Shown piece after piece: positions 11,556-25,203 of a stretch of 64,000 nucleotides of DNA (its first letter is position 1; each line of letters opens with the position of its first letter). The position numbers were made by a program, and so were the translations under genes. The DNA is from Mytilus californianus (Eukaryota). The stretch is from assembly GCF_021869535.1 (NCBI RefSeq), contig NW_026262723.1, positions 3,472,001 through 3,536,000 on the forward strand, written 5' to 3'. The notes below the pieces were generated by a model, which searched no databases, was not told the DNA's origin, and saw nothing but the letters and a program-made list of their open reading frames with translations.

Positions 11556-13499
11556 AGAAATTCGATTCATGCGAAAAAATCGACAGCACTCAATTATCCT
11601 CGATTCTGATATTTAAAACAATTTCATCAGCAATACATGGATTTAAAATTAATGTTTACTGTTATTATATTAAGGTAACTAATAACCACCTTGTTTTATT
11701 TAATATTTAACTTTACTAATTATGCTGTATTAGAAATATAGATAAGAAAACATAATCTCATCCGTTAGGTCCAAATTATCCAATAGTACATGACATCTTG
11801 AAGGAAAGAAAGTTCCTGTGTTATTTTAAAAAAGTCAAATAATTGTAAGTATTTATATAGATATAAGAAGATGTGGTATGAGTGCCAATGAGACAACTCT
11901 CCGCCCAAGTCACAATTTGTATAAAGTAAACAATTACAGGTCAAAGTACGGCCTTCAACACGAAGCATTGGCTCACACCGAACAGCAAGCTATAAAGGGC
12001 CCCAAAAATGACTAGTGTAAAACCATTCAAACAGGGAAAAAAAACAAGAAAAGAGAAACACTTATGAACCACATCACTGACAAACGACAACCACTGAACA
12101 TCAGGTTCCTGACTTAGGACAGGTGCAAACAAATGCAGCGGGTTTAAACGTTTTAATAGGCGCCAACCTCCATCCTAACATGAAACAGTAGTGTAACATT
12201 ACAACGCAAAAAGACACACTATAAAATATCAATTGAAATGGCTTAACTCAATCAAAAGACATATTGACAAAAACAAGTGAACATACACTGAACGAATAAA
12301 TTTGATCTATGACACAATGTAAATACAAAATTATAGTTTTGATTAACCAACACAAGGAGTGTTAGGAGAGCTATGTGAAATATTCTAAATATTGAGGAAA
12401 TCGAAAAGAACACGAAAATTTATTGATCTTAGGAAATACATTTGTGCCAAGAATTTATCTGGATATTTTGCAAGATTATCTATTAACACCATTTTGCATG
12501 TGCCACAACCAATCAAGCGAAACCAAAGGTGAAAAGATCATAATATAATGATAGATTATAATATTGTTATGCTAGATTAAAAATCATTGACAAACTTTCT
12601 TTCACGAAAATTAGATTTGCATGTACTATTTTGACAAGTAATTTACAGTTATTAAGGCTAAAAGAGATATACACTTGTTATCGTTTAGATTACACGAACC
12701 GTTGGCTACATTGTGACCAAACAATCCAAACTGTCCTTAAATTCACAGTCAAACTCTGATTACGATCTTCAATGAAATGTTGTTTGTTTTAAATCAAATA
12801 GCTCTCGTCTTTCTATTGTGATTTGAATATAAGTAATAGAATCTACGTCATAAAACAATGGATTATTTATGTTTTAAATTTTGGACTTGTTTTAATGTTT
12901 GAGTATCATTTCAGATAGACAAATAAAATTAACTAGTACAGCAGTCATTATAGTATCAAGTACCGTTTAATTAAGATCTACCTGTCATTTTTGGATGGTC
13001 GTTTGTGGAATCGACATCTACCTAGTACGTTAATATTGAAAACACATGCAAAATAAATATTTTACCAATAAAACGGGATTATATAAATGCAAACGTGACA
13101 CAGAAAATAGTTAAATATAACATGAAACGGATTATTAACAAAAATGTGTGCTAATATGGAATAATCATTTCTAATTGGAATTTGATAACAATGTGAAAAT
13201 CGGAGATTATATTTTTAAAGCATCCGTAATTACTTCTTGCAATAGATAACATTATACGGAAAAATAGGATTAATTCGCATTGAGGAATTACAATCATGAT
13301 CTATTTTTCATCGGAATAATTACCTGAAGAAAATAGATTTTATTTGGCCCAGTCTTTTTGAAGTATCCTTAATGAGGTTAAGATGATTAAATTGACCAGA
13401 CACATGTTCAATTACATTTGCGTAAGATAATTTGGACAAGGAATATTGAAAAAAAGATATTAAATTAATCAAATTCTTGAGGATCCGTATCATCTGCTC

Positions 13500-14666
13500 A
13501 TGATGGATTCACATGATGATGTACTAACTGCGTTGCCTAGTTACGTTAGATATTCTCGACGAGAACTGGGAAAGCTTTCTAAGGAAGACAGGCGAGAATC
13601 TGCTTTCAGTGGAATACGTCAGAAACTTAGTTCAGCTGTCATTTCGGTGCCATATGGAGGTGGTTTAGATAATTTAAGACTAATTGGGAATTTAGATGAC
13701 CATGAATTGCAAAACCGATTCACTTCCTATACTAAACCAAGAAGGAAGAAATATAAGAACAGTGTTGTGTCAGATACAGAAATGTTCATGAGTGAGGGAG
13801 AAATGTCTCCGACTAAAGGTTATCACAGATATCACGACCAGTTTTCACCCTCCAAATTCATTTTACCTGGAAGGAAACCAGCACGAATAGGATCGGAAAC
13901 CAGTACAACAAGTACGGCAACTACGAAAAGTCGTAGTACGATATATTCAACTACATCGGAACACGACGAAGGATATTGGGCGAAAAAACTGAAAGAATTG
14001 GATGAAGTTAAAGAACGTTATTCCGATAATAGTGAATTTCTAACACATCTGTATGCATGTAAATTGAAAAAAGACAAACATTCGAAGAAAAAGAAAAACA
14101 AGAAAGTAAAACGAGACGACGAAAGCACACCGCAATCGATTGTAGGTGACATAAGCAACCGCCTTGTGTTGCCTCCAATAAAACAGAGACCTATGTTTGA
14201 TAGGAAGAGTCGAGAGAGCACATTAACAAATCCGAGTGATGAGAGCAACACCTCTACCATTGTAGCGAATGATGAAAATGAAGTTTCGAAACGACGGAAG
14301 GTGGAATTTAATTTTCAAAAGGCAAAAAGAACTGTTAAACTTCCTCCTTTGGAATCCAAACATGATTTTACTAGAACCAGTCCTCGAGTGAAAAATCCAA
14401 AACGTTCTATCCTGAAGAAAATAGACAAAAACACAGACACTGTTGTGAATAGTTTTCCAGCAAAAACACACTCTACGTCGTCGGTTTATAATAATCATAT
14501 AGGAAAACTAAAGTCACCGATACCTTCGTCTGCGTCTCGTAGACAACAAGTGACATTCAAACGTAACCCATTTAATCTAAAATATAAATGTAGTAAGGAA
14601 TTCGAGGCGGTGGCGAGTAACTATGAGAAAGAAAACGAAAGGAAACCCTCGTTTATGACGGATTAA
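13500..14666 (+). CDS. Uncharacterised 388-aa S/K/R/T-rich, probably disordered protein; intronless ORF
   Basis: A 1167-bp open frame is improbable by chance in this AT-rich DNA; no TE motifs; basic NLS-like clusters (KKDKHSKKKKNKKVKR, SKRRK). Confidence 0.75.
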   Translation: MMDSHDDVLTALPSYVRYSRRELGKLSKEDRRESAFSGIRQKLSSAVISVPYGGGLDNLRLIGNLDDHELQNRFTSYTKPRRKKYKNSVVSDTEMFMSEGEMSPTKGYHRYHDQFSPSKFILPGRKPARIGSETSTTSTATTKSRSTIYSTTSEHDEGYWAKKLKELDEVKERYSDNSEFLTHLYACKLKKDKHSKKKKNKKVKRDDESTPQSIVGDISNRLVLPPIKQRPMFDRKSRESTLTNPSDESNTSTIVANDENEVSKRRKVEFNFQKAKRTVKLPPLESKHDFTRTSPRVKNPKRSILKKIDKNTDTVVNSFPAKTHSTSSVYNNHIGKLKSPIPSSASRRQQVTFKRNPFNLKYKCSKEFEAVASNYEKENERKPSFMTD

Positions 14667-15824
14667 CATACATAAACATTTAGTTTCTTGTCCATTTTCG
14701 ATATTTCCACTAATTATGTGAATTTTTTGTTCTCATTGCTAACAATTTCAAACAAGTCATGTGAGTAGATATTTGTTATACAAGCTTTTAAGATTATCAA
14801 AATCTCTCGACAATCATTTCAGTGAAGCCAAAATTAATTACGATCAGGCAGTTTCGTGTTTGATAGTTTTTATATACTACGCATTAACTGTTAAAATGCT
14901 TTTGATGTCGTGTAAACAAGACTTCGATGTATGTAAACAGTTATTTATGAGAGAAAGAATGACACTGCTCCTAGCGTGGGTTTCGGAAGTCATCAAACTT
15001 AAGATGACATATTCGTAAATCCTGTAGTTTGTGATTGAAATGAACAATTAAGCTCAAAATACTACAGGAAATGCGTGAAAGACTTGAAAAGGCGCTTAAA
15101 ATAAAATGCACAAAATAAAATGCACAAAATAAAATGAGTGTTGATTTTACAGTAATTCTGTCATATAAAATGTAAAAAGTGAACACACAGATAACATATT
15201 ATGTGGGGTTTGTATTGCTCAGTCTTTAGTTTTCTTTATTGTGTTCTGTGTACCAGTTTGTCTGTTGGTCCTTTTTTTCTTTTTTTTTTACCATGGCGAT
15301 GTCAGTTTGTTTTCGGCTTATGAGTTTGACTATCCCTTTGGTATTTTTCGCCTCTCTTTTGAAAACAAATGATATATTTACAAAAACAAATATATTTGAG
15401 AAATATTGAAAAATCTTAAAAATAAATCGAAACACATGATATGTAAATATAAAAGAAGCGGAACAAAACTGTAAAAATTTATACACAATTTCACATGAAG
15501 CAGTGAACATGAAAAAGTTGTTTAAATAGGTTGTGTTTATTATTGTAAGTTCACTAAGTTGTGCTGTCAAGATATCAACATTTTCTATAATAAAACCGCA
15601 AGTATAAGGAAATACTCTGGGAACCTTGAGACACATCTTTCCCGATTCGTTTCTTAGACGAAACGTCATGAAACTTTTAAAGAGTGTGATCTCTGATCAT
15701 GTGTTTTCTTGAGTAGCAACATTAAACCAACAACTTTGAACCCTGCTTTCCAAATCATATGCAGTATCGGTACAGTTTATTCCAGTGAGCGGCCGCCTTC
15801 ATGTGGAAGACTGAACAATTCATC

Positions 15825-16075
15825 TAAAATTGAGAATGGAAATGGGGAATATGTCAAAGAGACAACAACCCGACCAAAGAGCAGACAACAGCCGAAGGCC
15901 ACCAATGGGTCTTCAATGCAGCGAGAAAATCCCGCACCCGGAGATGGTCCTCAGCTGGCCCTAAATAAAATTGTGTGCTAGTTCAGTGAAAATGGACGTC
16001 ACACTTAACTCCAAAACATATAAATGAACTAAAATTAAAAAACATACAAGACTCCTGACTTGGGACAGGCGCAAA
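15825..16075 (+). repeat. Interspersed repeat family (AATTGAGAATGGAAATGGGGAATATGTCAAAGAGACAAC)
   Basis: Inverted copies at ~33290-33555 and ~26905-27085; explains the near-identical spurious ORFs 15709..15981 and 33410..33601. Confidence 0.75.
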
Positions 16076-17382
16076 AGAATCTGTTCATATATATTGCAAG
16101 TTTTTTATTGTTTTTTTTTTTTTAAATATTTTGGGATCAACGTTAACGACAAGTGGTCTTCTGTCTGTCTTATTTGTTTTTCGTTTATTGTTTTGTCACA
16201 AATCGGGCTGTTTTTTCGTGTGAATTGTTCCACATTGTGTCATACGAGAGCCTTTTATTGTTGACTTTACGCGGTATGAATTTTGCTCATTGTTGAAGAC
16301 CGTGCGGTGACCTGTAGTTGCTTAAATCTACGTCATTTTAATATTGGTGGATAATTGTCCCTTTGACAATCATATCGCATTGCATATGCATTAAAAACTT
16401 GACGTAGTGTAAAGACTGTTGGAAATTCACCGTTGGGAAGTCTAGATAAATGGCATGTAGACAAATAACCATAGATGACAGGATAGCTGTTTCACGTCCA
16501 GTGACAAATATCATAGACATATTCAGGTCGGGAACATGTTGATTATGCATTCTTCTAGCTATATATACTATGAGTTTACAGAAAAGAGAATACTGGGCTA
16601 AAAAAGAGGAAAAAATGTGCCAACAAATAATCAAAGAATAAATAACAATATATATATATAGCTAGAATGTATAGACAGACACATTAAGGCGGATCTTTAA
16701 CGTGTCGTTATATGGTAACAGCCCACGGGAAGATAATGTCATAACCATACCAGGACAAATTATTCTGACTCTGGACCGACTATGCAATGTCTGCTATTAT
16801 TTAGCGTGCTTAGAGGAGAAACACCAAAAACCAATGTTTAAGTCTTTGGTTTGAATTAACCGGCTATTGAACCCAGGACCTTTCGATGATTATTTGCGGA
16901 CGAAATATTCATTTTCCACTGTTGCATGTCCTGCTGGCTTATTTTTACTTGTGTACCTGCATTTTGTTGGGCAGAATTTTCGTTTTCATATCGTCTTTGG
17001 TAAAGCTATTATTTATCAATCCTTATAAGGCCAGATTATTCATTTTTCCAAAAATCATCCCGAATATCAAATAGTCGCCCCGTTATAATAGAAACCATGA
17101 ACTCATGTAGAAATCCATATTCAAAACGCGACTAATAATTAGGAAAATAAACCAAGGATTTTTTTTTCACCCGTCTACTGACACGATTTCGTCATTTGCA
17201 CCTTCAGACGGATAATAGTTCACACATTACTCCAAGCATACTTGTCTAGTATATACATTTTTCTCACCTTTTTACGCAAGTGCCTTAAATGAGGGTATGG
17301 ATTGTGTTTACAGGATAGATAATAATGGAAAAAAAAACGAGAAAATGTGCCAAAAAAATTAAAGAATAGACAACAAGGACAG

Positions 17383-17461
17383 AGTTCCATATGGCACCCC
17401 ACGGAATAAACTGTAATGCATTATTGTGTTCTTTTAGTATGATGGGGTGCCATATGGAACT
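17383..17461. repeat. 79-bp hairpin with perfect 19-bp arms
   Basis: AGTTCCATATGGCACCCCA (17383-17401) / TGGGGTGCCATATGGAACT (17443-17461). Confidence 0.85.
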
Positions 17462-18660
17462 ATTACCGACAAGAATATAAAAGAAAAATAGACAAACAAA
17501 AAAGAACTGTGAAAAATGACACAGAATAGAGAAATGAAGACATACCCCATTCAGACCCTCTTACCCTTCAACCCCTCTTATCATTCGATATTGATTTACT
17601 TCATGTTCGAAAATGTGTCAAAACAACAGTAAACTGATCACTTATTTCTAGTTTTGGTTGATATAACTCGTTCTCTGGTTTCTGTCTCATTGACGTAAAC
17701 ACCACATTTTCTTTTATTAATGACCCATTAATATTTACTCGTCGGTGGTTGTCTGATGTTATATTTTTATGTATTTTGTTATTTGGGAAATTTGTTGTTG
17801 ACGACATATGTGTCTTGACAAAATATCAAGCCCTAAATCGACTTTAGTCCATAAAGCTTGTAAAACTTAAATATTTCTATTGTTGAAGACTATTGGTTGA
17901 CTTCTGGATGCCTTTTAGGTTTTGTTTTGTGTTGTTGTGTCACTGTCGTATTGGCGTTTATTGGACTCTCATTTTATCCATATATATTGCTATACAAAAA
18001 CACTGACATTTTATCCAACTTTTTCCCACAGAGACATCAATACCAGTCAAATTGGTATCGGATTCTGAAATTCGAAGATCTCGTTAAGTCTTCTTTATTT
18101 TTAAAGATGAAATGCGATGCACTTTTAGTAGCAATATAAAGCCTAGACATATTGCGTTGAAGCAATTAGAACTGGTTTAAGGTATAATTAAGAAGTAATT
18201 ATCTTATTGATTTTAAATAAAGATTCGCGAAGTGATATCTATAAGGATAGAACAATCTTCAAAGCATATCCCTTAAAGAATTAATTAACTCAAAATGATT
18301 ATGGTATATTAATTAAAACGTATTCCGAACAATTTCCTAGAAGTACAAATACTTGCATGACAACAAGTATCATTGTATCAGTTAAACTAAAGCCGCTTGC
18401 TCTTGTAATCATTTCTTTTAGACTTTAGAATGTTTATGAAAATATGGTTTGAAAGCCAATGATCCAACTGTCTTCCAGAGTATAAATGGTGTGGATGTTA
18501 ACAATTATGTAGGAAACTGTACGGCCTTCAAAAATGAGGAAAAACCAAAATCCGTATAGTAAGCTAAAAAAGGCCACGACATACCTTACTTTAAACTTAT
18601 TTTATTGTCAAAAAAACGAGAGGAATGGCAAAGGATATGACACACATTTTAACTTCTGAG

Positions 18661-18922
18661 GGGGCCTTGGTGGTCGTGTGTTCTAAATAGTTCATCTACT
18701 GTATCACTATTCTGTCAACACTGAAGTTGTGAGTACATATTAGCACGTGGCAGGTGTGTTCGACTCCAATCTTAATTGACTAGGATTGCCAGTTTTCCTG
18801 CCTAAGGTCGGTGGTCCTCTACGGGCACTGCAGCTTCCACCAATAAAAAAAATGACCGGCAAGATATAGCAAACAAGCGCTTAAAACAGCGTTAAACACC
18901 AGCAATTAGTCAATCAATCATT
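18661..18922 (+). mobile_element. V-domain SINE, diverged copy
   Basis: GGGGCCTTGGTGGTCG..GACTCCAATCTTAATTGACTAGGATTG..GGTCGGTGG..CAATCAATC tail; aligns by eye to 5095-5358. Confidence 0.75.
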
Positions 18923-21504
18923 TAACTTACGAGGTGTACCCCTGTATAACAACACTCACAGTTCAAAAGAATAAATCAACGTCCTGATTTATGCTAAAAA
19001 CAAATATGATCTAAGTATACAGAATTACAGGTTCCTGCCTTGGGACAGGTACACGAATTATATGGAGTGGTTAAATTTAGTTAAATTCGCCACTCTCGTT
19101 AGATAGTTGATACAGCTAACAGGCAAAAATACGAACAATTCTGCTTGTTTATTTACTTTTGACCTTAATTATTTATCCCTTATAATTTTTATTAACTATG
19201 TATTTGCATTAAGGTATCACAGATCAAATTTATGCGTTCATTGTGTGTTAATTTACGTTTTTTGATTGAGTTAAGCCTTCCAATTGATATTTCATAGTGT
19301 GTCTTTCTATGTTGTGATGTTATACTATTGTTTCAGAAAAGGGAGAAGGTTTGGTACCATTAAAACGTTTAATCCCGCTGCAAAAGTTTTCACCTGTCCT
19401 AAGTCAGGAATCTGATGTACAGTAGTTGTCGTCTGTTTATGTAGTTCATACGTGTTTCTCGTTTTTATATAGATTAGACCGTTGGTTTTCCCGTTTGAAT
19501 GGTTTTACACTAGTAATTTTTGGGGCCCTTTATAGCTTGCTGTTCGGTGTGAGTCAATGCTCCGTGTTGAAGGCCGTACCTTGACCTATAATGGTTTACT
19601 TTAATTAATTGTTAATTGGATGGACATTTGTCTCATTGGCACTCATACCACATCTTCCTATATCTATAGACATACAAATAAGATGTGGTATGATTGCAAA
19701 TGTGACAACTCATCACCAGAGACAAAATGAGGTAGAAGTTAGCAACTGTTGGTCAACGTACGACCTTCAACAATGAGCAAAACCCATACCCCATAACAAG
19801 CTATAAAAGGCTATCATTATCTCAACTGAAAGGGAGAGCTAAAACGCAAAAAAAAAATATACTTTTGGAGCCACAACTAATATTATATACTATAATATTT
19901 TGGTTTGCGAGAGAAATCAGGGTGGTGCAATAATACTTTTTCGATGTGTATATATTACTATGGTGTTGTTTGAGAGGGAGGAGTCATATCTGTAGGGATT
20001 TATCTAATTTGATGTATCCTGCCTATTTTCAAAACTTTCCATTCAGACATTTCAGCAGTCACCGTTAATTATCAGAGAATACTGTCTTGAACTTGGTGAA
20101 AGGTTGAAATCTCCAGCAAGAATAATTATTTAATAATTATTAATCAATTCCCAATATCTTAGGAATTGGTCTCTTTTAGGTTCAACTTTTATCCTTTCTG
20201 AGATAATTACAGAAAATCGAATGCTGCGATGTAAGAAAGTATATCTACACTTTAAACATGTTAAAAGATACGACTTAGTATTGCATAATATCGACTTGTC
20301 TATTGATGAAGACTGCATGCATGTTGCCCTCTATTGTTATTGGTTGCTGCTAATTGACGTATATATATGTAACTTGCATTTCTTTTTATTCATATTTAAT
20401 ATTTTTTTCTATAAGTCAATTAAATATCTCTACGCTTAATACTAATCGAGTCAAGAAACCACTTGAAAATTGGCATTTGCTGCTTATACGCTAAACAAGC
20501 GTCATTTAGGTTTAAGAGCAAAGACTGTTCAGGTGTGGTAACATTTCCTCCTGTAGATTGTTACCTTGTAAACTAGCCGGTTAAAACCCATACTCATCGT
20601 GCCGGTCCAGTCAAAATCAGAGTATATATTTATAACACATTGACATGTTTCCGTCCTGATATGTATGTACTATATGCCACTGGACGATAAAACACATTTC
20701 ATCTTCATTATTACCACTACAGCTATTTTTCAACTATTTGCCCTTCATTCACGATCTCTTTTCATATCGTAATGTGGGAGGGTTTTATCTCAATCTTTAT
20801 AGTAACCCAAAGGTCGGTATGATTTTTATTTTACATTTGTTTAGAGGTTATGCAATATCGATCAAATAAGATCCCCTGGGGATTTTGTTTTAGTAACTAA
20901 TCACTAAATAATCTAAAATTTCATCATTAGGCAATAGCATAAATGTTATCTGGAGTCGGGAATATCATCTTTGAAACAATCCACCACGTTGTTGATAATC
21001 ACAGGTAAATCTCAGGTAGCTTATCTTTGATCTATGTCTGATAACATCATCATAATTCGTGGCCTTGATTAAGTAAGGCATTTACGGACAATAAACCGAA
21101 TAATATTTTGTTTCCTAAACTAAAGACAAATATCATATAGATGACCTGTAATTAAAAAAGGCGTAATTCAAGACATTCCGATTTTTGATTGGGTTTTTAT
21201 TTGAAGTCGCTTCTTTGAGACTGTGTATTTAATTAAGAAACTTTATAACAACTTATCATTTAGAATTCATACTTTGACCTTGTTTCACATTTTTGTATTT
21301 AAAATATTGAGAACATTTCAAGTTCAAGATCGAAGTTCAAAAGCTTTATTTATAGACGAATTTCAGAATACAGAAACATAATAAGCTCTATTGTGTCTTC
21401 ACGACCCACAACAACATCGAAAATTGACACTCATAACTGCAGTCGGAATTGAGGCTTGGGCGGAGCTATTGGATAATTGGTCATCTTGTGTCAAATATAT
21501 CCTG

Positions 21505-21902
21505 CTTATTAGGGCCCCGCCGAATGGCGGCCGCCCTATAGTGATCAGTCTGTCCGTCCGTCTGTCCGTCCGTCAGTCCGTCCGTCTGTCCGTCCGTCCA
21601 TCCGTCCGTAACAAATCGTGTCCGCTCTATATCTAGAGAGCCGTTATGATTTCAAAGTTTATACTTGACATGTATATTAACCAACACCAGAGGGTGTGTC
21701 ATAATGTATGTTCAACTTCCTAAGTCAAAGGTCAAGGTCAAAAACTTTGGATTTAGTTGACAACCCAATGTCCTATGGTAAAGATCGTGTCCGCTCTATA
21801 TCTTGATAACCGTTATGATTTCAAAGTTTATACTTGATATGTATAGTAACCAACACCAGAGGGTGTGTCATAATGTATGTTCAACTTCCTAGGTCAAAGG
21901 TG
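21505..21902 (+). mobile_element. HINE/pearl-like (Helentron-derived) element, 5' part
   Basis: GC-rich subterminal hairpin-like motif, (GTCC/GTCT)n microsatellite at 21546-21609, then a 169-bp core repeat (units start 21616 and 21785; second truncated). Confidence 0.7.
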
Positions 21903-23048
21903 ATCATATTTTTATATCGTTGTCAACCCTTTTTTGGTACGCGAATATATGGCGGTTATAAACTTACTAGCTAGATTAAGGTAAAGGGAAGCACCGCCAC
22001 AGCATGCAGAGTACTCACAAAACTAATGCACATTGCTTGCTGCCTCGTTGATGTGTATTGCTCATTTTCGTTTTAATAAATAATTTATATAAGGTAAAAC
22101 AATCTTGATAATTCAGTAAAATATTTTCTACTCATATGTAATCATATTCTTTGATCGTTTGATTTAACCCTGACTTATGAGAACATCGGTACACTACCTT
22201 AATTATATTTACTATTATCTTCTTACTGAAAACATATTTTTTGTAACTTTGTTTAAAATAAAAACTCCAACATTAAATACTTATCGCATGTTATAAATTC
22301 ATTTCTTCAATGAATACTCATGAAAGAACATAAATAAAAAATATGAAAATGTTTTGTCGTGAGAAATATATATATATATATTTCGACTCCTCAAAATTTA
22401 AGAGTCTATCCTAAATTGAGGTAAATTATATGGCCTTCCAAATACCGTTTCGATTCCTAACATCACTGAAGAGACATTAATTGTCGAAATCCGGATATAG
22501 TGCACCTTTTGTTTGCGGTATACCATCTTTTCCGCAAGTTTATTGTTTTCTGTTTGGTATAAGATTAATAGTTAAGTTCCATTTTGGTACATCTAATGAT
22601 CCGTTTATTTGGCAATCGCCAATGGCAGTCAGCAGGGTTTAAGAACATCCGTTGTTCGACCTGCTCGTCAAATGCGTTTTGTTAAAATATACTTTTTCAC
22701 TTTTTAGGTCGTTTGGAAAATGTTGTTTGTGCTGTATTTAGACCCGTCTACCAAGAAATTTGTTTTGCATGCACACGTGTAAAAATTGCGGTTTTTATCC
22801 AACGCAATCATAGGTTTGAACGTTGTTTTCAATTTAGACTTGTATATATATATATGCAAACGTACCGGAAAATTGTGTTTGCGGATGAATATCTCTTATC
22901 GCTTGTTATATATTAGTTTCATCAATAAATATTCATTAGCGGGAGAAATCAAACCTATTAGAAAAACGAATTATTACAGAAGAGTGTCCACCATGCACTT
23001 GCACTGCACTATCATTAGAATATTAGAATATAGAATGATGATATAAAT

Positions 23049-23231
23049 CAGTGGCGGATCCAAAACTTGTTATAAGAGGGGGGCGGGGAGGGAGGGCACT
23101 GACTGCCATAAGAGGGGGCCGCTACAGTCATGCTTCAGTGATTCCCTATATAATCAACCAAATTTTTCCCACGAAAGGGGAGCTCCCCCCCCCCCCCCCC
23201 CCCCCCCCCCTTTCCACCGGATCCGCCTATG
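23049..23231. mobile_element. CAGTGGCGGATCC-family MITE in triplication copy 1
   Basis: TAAAT TSD (23044-23048, 23232-23236). Orthologous shorter copy at 30128-30243; right end only at ~27490-27528. Confidence 0.85.
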
Positions 23232-25051
23232 TAAATGGATGAAAATTTGCCAGTAGAGTTATTAAGATGATCTGCTATATATATAACTTTTATACAAATG
23301 TCAATATAATATATAACAGCAAACCAGATTATACTGATAACAAATGATTGTCCCATGATTATATCACTACAATATAATGATTATTACAGTGAGGTTGAAC
23401 TCCCTGACATTTATTTATCATCCACACAGGAACTTATCTCAGAAAAAAAATACATCTATGTTGTAACCTAAACTAACTTTCAGGTATAGAGATATGATTT
23501 TTTTTTTCTGAGACAAGTGCTTATGACTATCCACCAGAACTTGCGGTCATCCGATGTTCAGTACTTCAGTACTTTGATTAAGTATGGTTTACTACATACC
23601 GGAAATCATTAAGTTCAGTGAATTTACCTGTTCAATAGAAAGAATATAAGAAATATACATTTCTTTTCAGTGTCATAATAACGAATAAGTTCAATGACTT
23701 TGTTAACCCGGTTTGTCTTGAAAAAGATTAATTAATTATTTCACAGGATTGTAATGGTCTGACTGATTTTCTCTTTCAGACAGACAGTTGACTCAACCGA
23801 TGAACGCGTTTGTATTATGTCAGGTTGACATGGGGGATATCTCGATTCACAGATACGTTTGACATCTCACCTATATTTTGTTTCAATGCATTACAAATTG
23901 TATATTTGATAACAATATGACGCTCATTACAATTTAGAACAAATCTAACTGATGCTTTCCTAGTTGGATTTTGGATGTTTCTCTTTCACAAGAAAATCTC
24001 TTTGCAATAATTTCCACCAAAGGAGACGTTTTTGTTTCCTATTTCGATTTATATATTACTATTCTAGACGCAATACTGCAACACTGTGAAACTGTCTTGG
24101 GGATGTGTAACTTGTCAACGTATTTGTCCTCACTTCGTTTGAAGTTAATGCGATTCTTTGATTGGTTGATTTAACACTGACTTATGAGAACATCGGTACA
24201 CTACCTTAATTATTTTTACTATTATCTACTTACTGAAAACATTTTTTTTTGTAACTTTGTTTAAAATAAAATCTCCAACATTAATTACTTAAAAATTTTG
24301 AATATTTTATGGCCATTTCAATACACCTGTTAATTCCACACCCGTATCAAGCTGAGACATCAATACAATCCCGAGTCTCTGCTCGGGATATTATTTTGCT
24401 TTGGTTCGATATCCTGTGCAGCATTGAAAAGAAAATACATGTACTATAAATTTTAGAATATGCTTAAAACAGACTTTTGTCTGTTGATGTTTTTCATATA
24501 CAAGAACCAGTCCGGTCAATATTGCGCATGCGTGAATTCAGATACCCTACATGGATAAAATCGTTATATAGAAGTTATTTCAGACTAAGGCTGTTTGGGC
24601 ATCACAGTTTAAAAATGTTTTCATAGTTGATCTTAAACGACTTCTTTGCAGTACTTATTCAATGATCTTCAATGTAAAAAATGTATTCCCTCACAATTGT
24701 ATTAATGCCTCCAACATTGATATTTTTGTTCCCCTTATAAATAGAATAAGAGAATTGAGGACATTTAGGCCTATTACACATGTTATGAACTTTGAAAGAA
24801 CAGAAGCAAGGGTAACTTTTGACACCACCTGCAGGACAGGAGGTGGTCACCAAGTCACTGGAGGTGGTAAGTTTATAACAGTAAACCCCTTTCAACTTGA
24901 CCCATTAAATGCCGCTTGCTTGAAACAAAAGTAAAATAGAAGAAGGTAATTATGTCCTTTGCTTTTATTCCACACCAAAGAAGAAGAAATGCATGATAAA
25001 GTTATAATGATACATTATTATGTACATTGTATAAGGGACGAAGTAACATCT

Positions 25052-25203
25052 CAGTGGCGGATCCAGAAGGGGGGGGGGGGGGGTTCGGGGGTTTGAACCC
25101 CCCTTTTTTTGGACGATCAATGCATTTGAATTGGAACGTATAGTTGGAACCCCTTTATCCTGGGTTGAGACCCCCCTTTCTAAAATGGCTGGATCCGCCC
25201 CTG
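25052..25203. mobile_element. CAGTGGCGGATCC-family MITE
   Basis: Near-identical internally to 2954-3116; flanks CATCT / CACCT (TSD with 1 mismatch). Confidence 0.85.

Noticed and set aside
15226-15669. 147-aa hydrophobic minus-strand ORF, GPCR-like at a glance
   Set aside because: The C-terminal third is a common repeat, there is an in-frame stop just upstream, no family motif is recognisable, and hydrophobicity is explained by T-richness.
23780-23825. RQLTQPMNAFVLCQ resembling the HMG-box PMNAF motif (in all three copies)
   Set aside because: Only a 5-aa match, with no continuation of HMG helices.
24659-24934. Overlapping ORFs, one Cys-rich (Ly6-like), and a strong GTAAGT donor at ~24867
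   Set aside because: No coherent exon chain or domain; cysteine spacing does not fit a three-finger fold.
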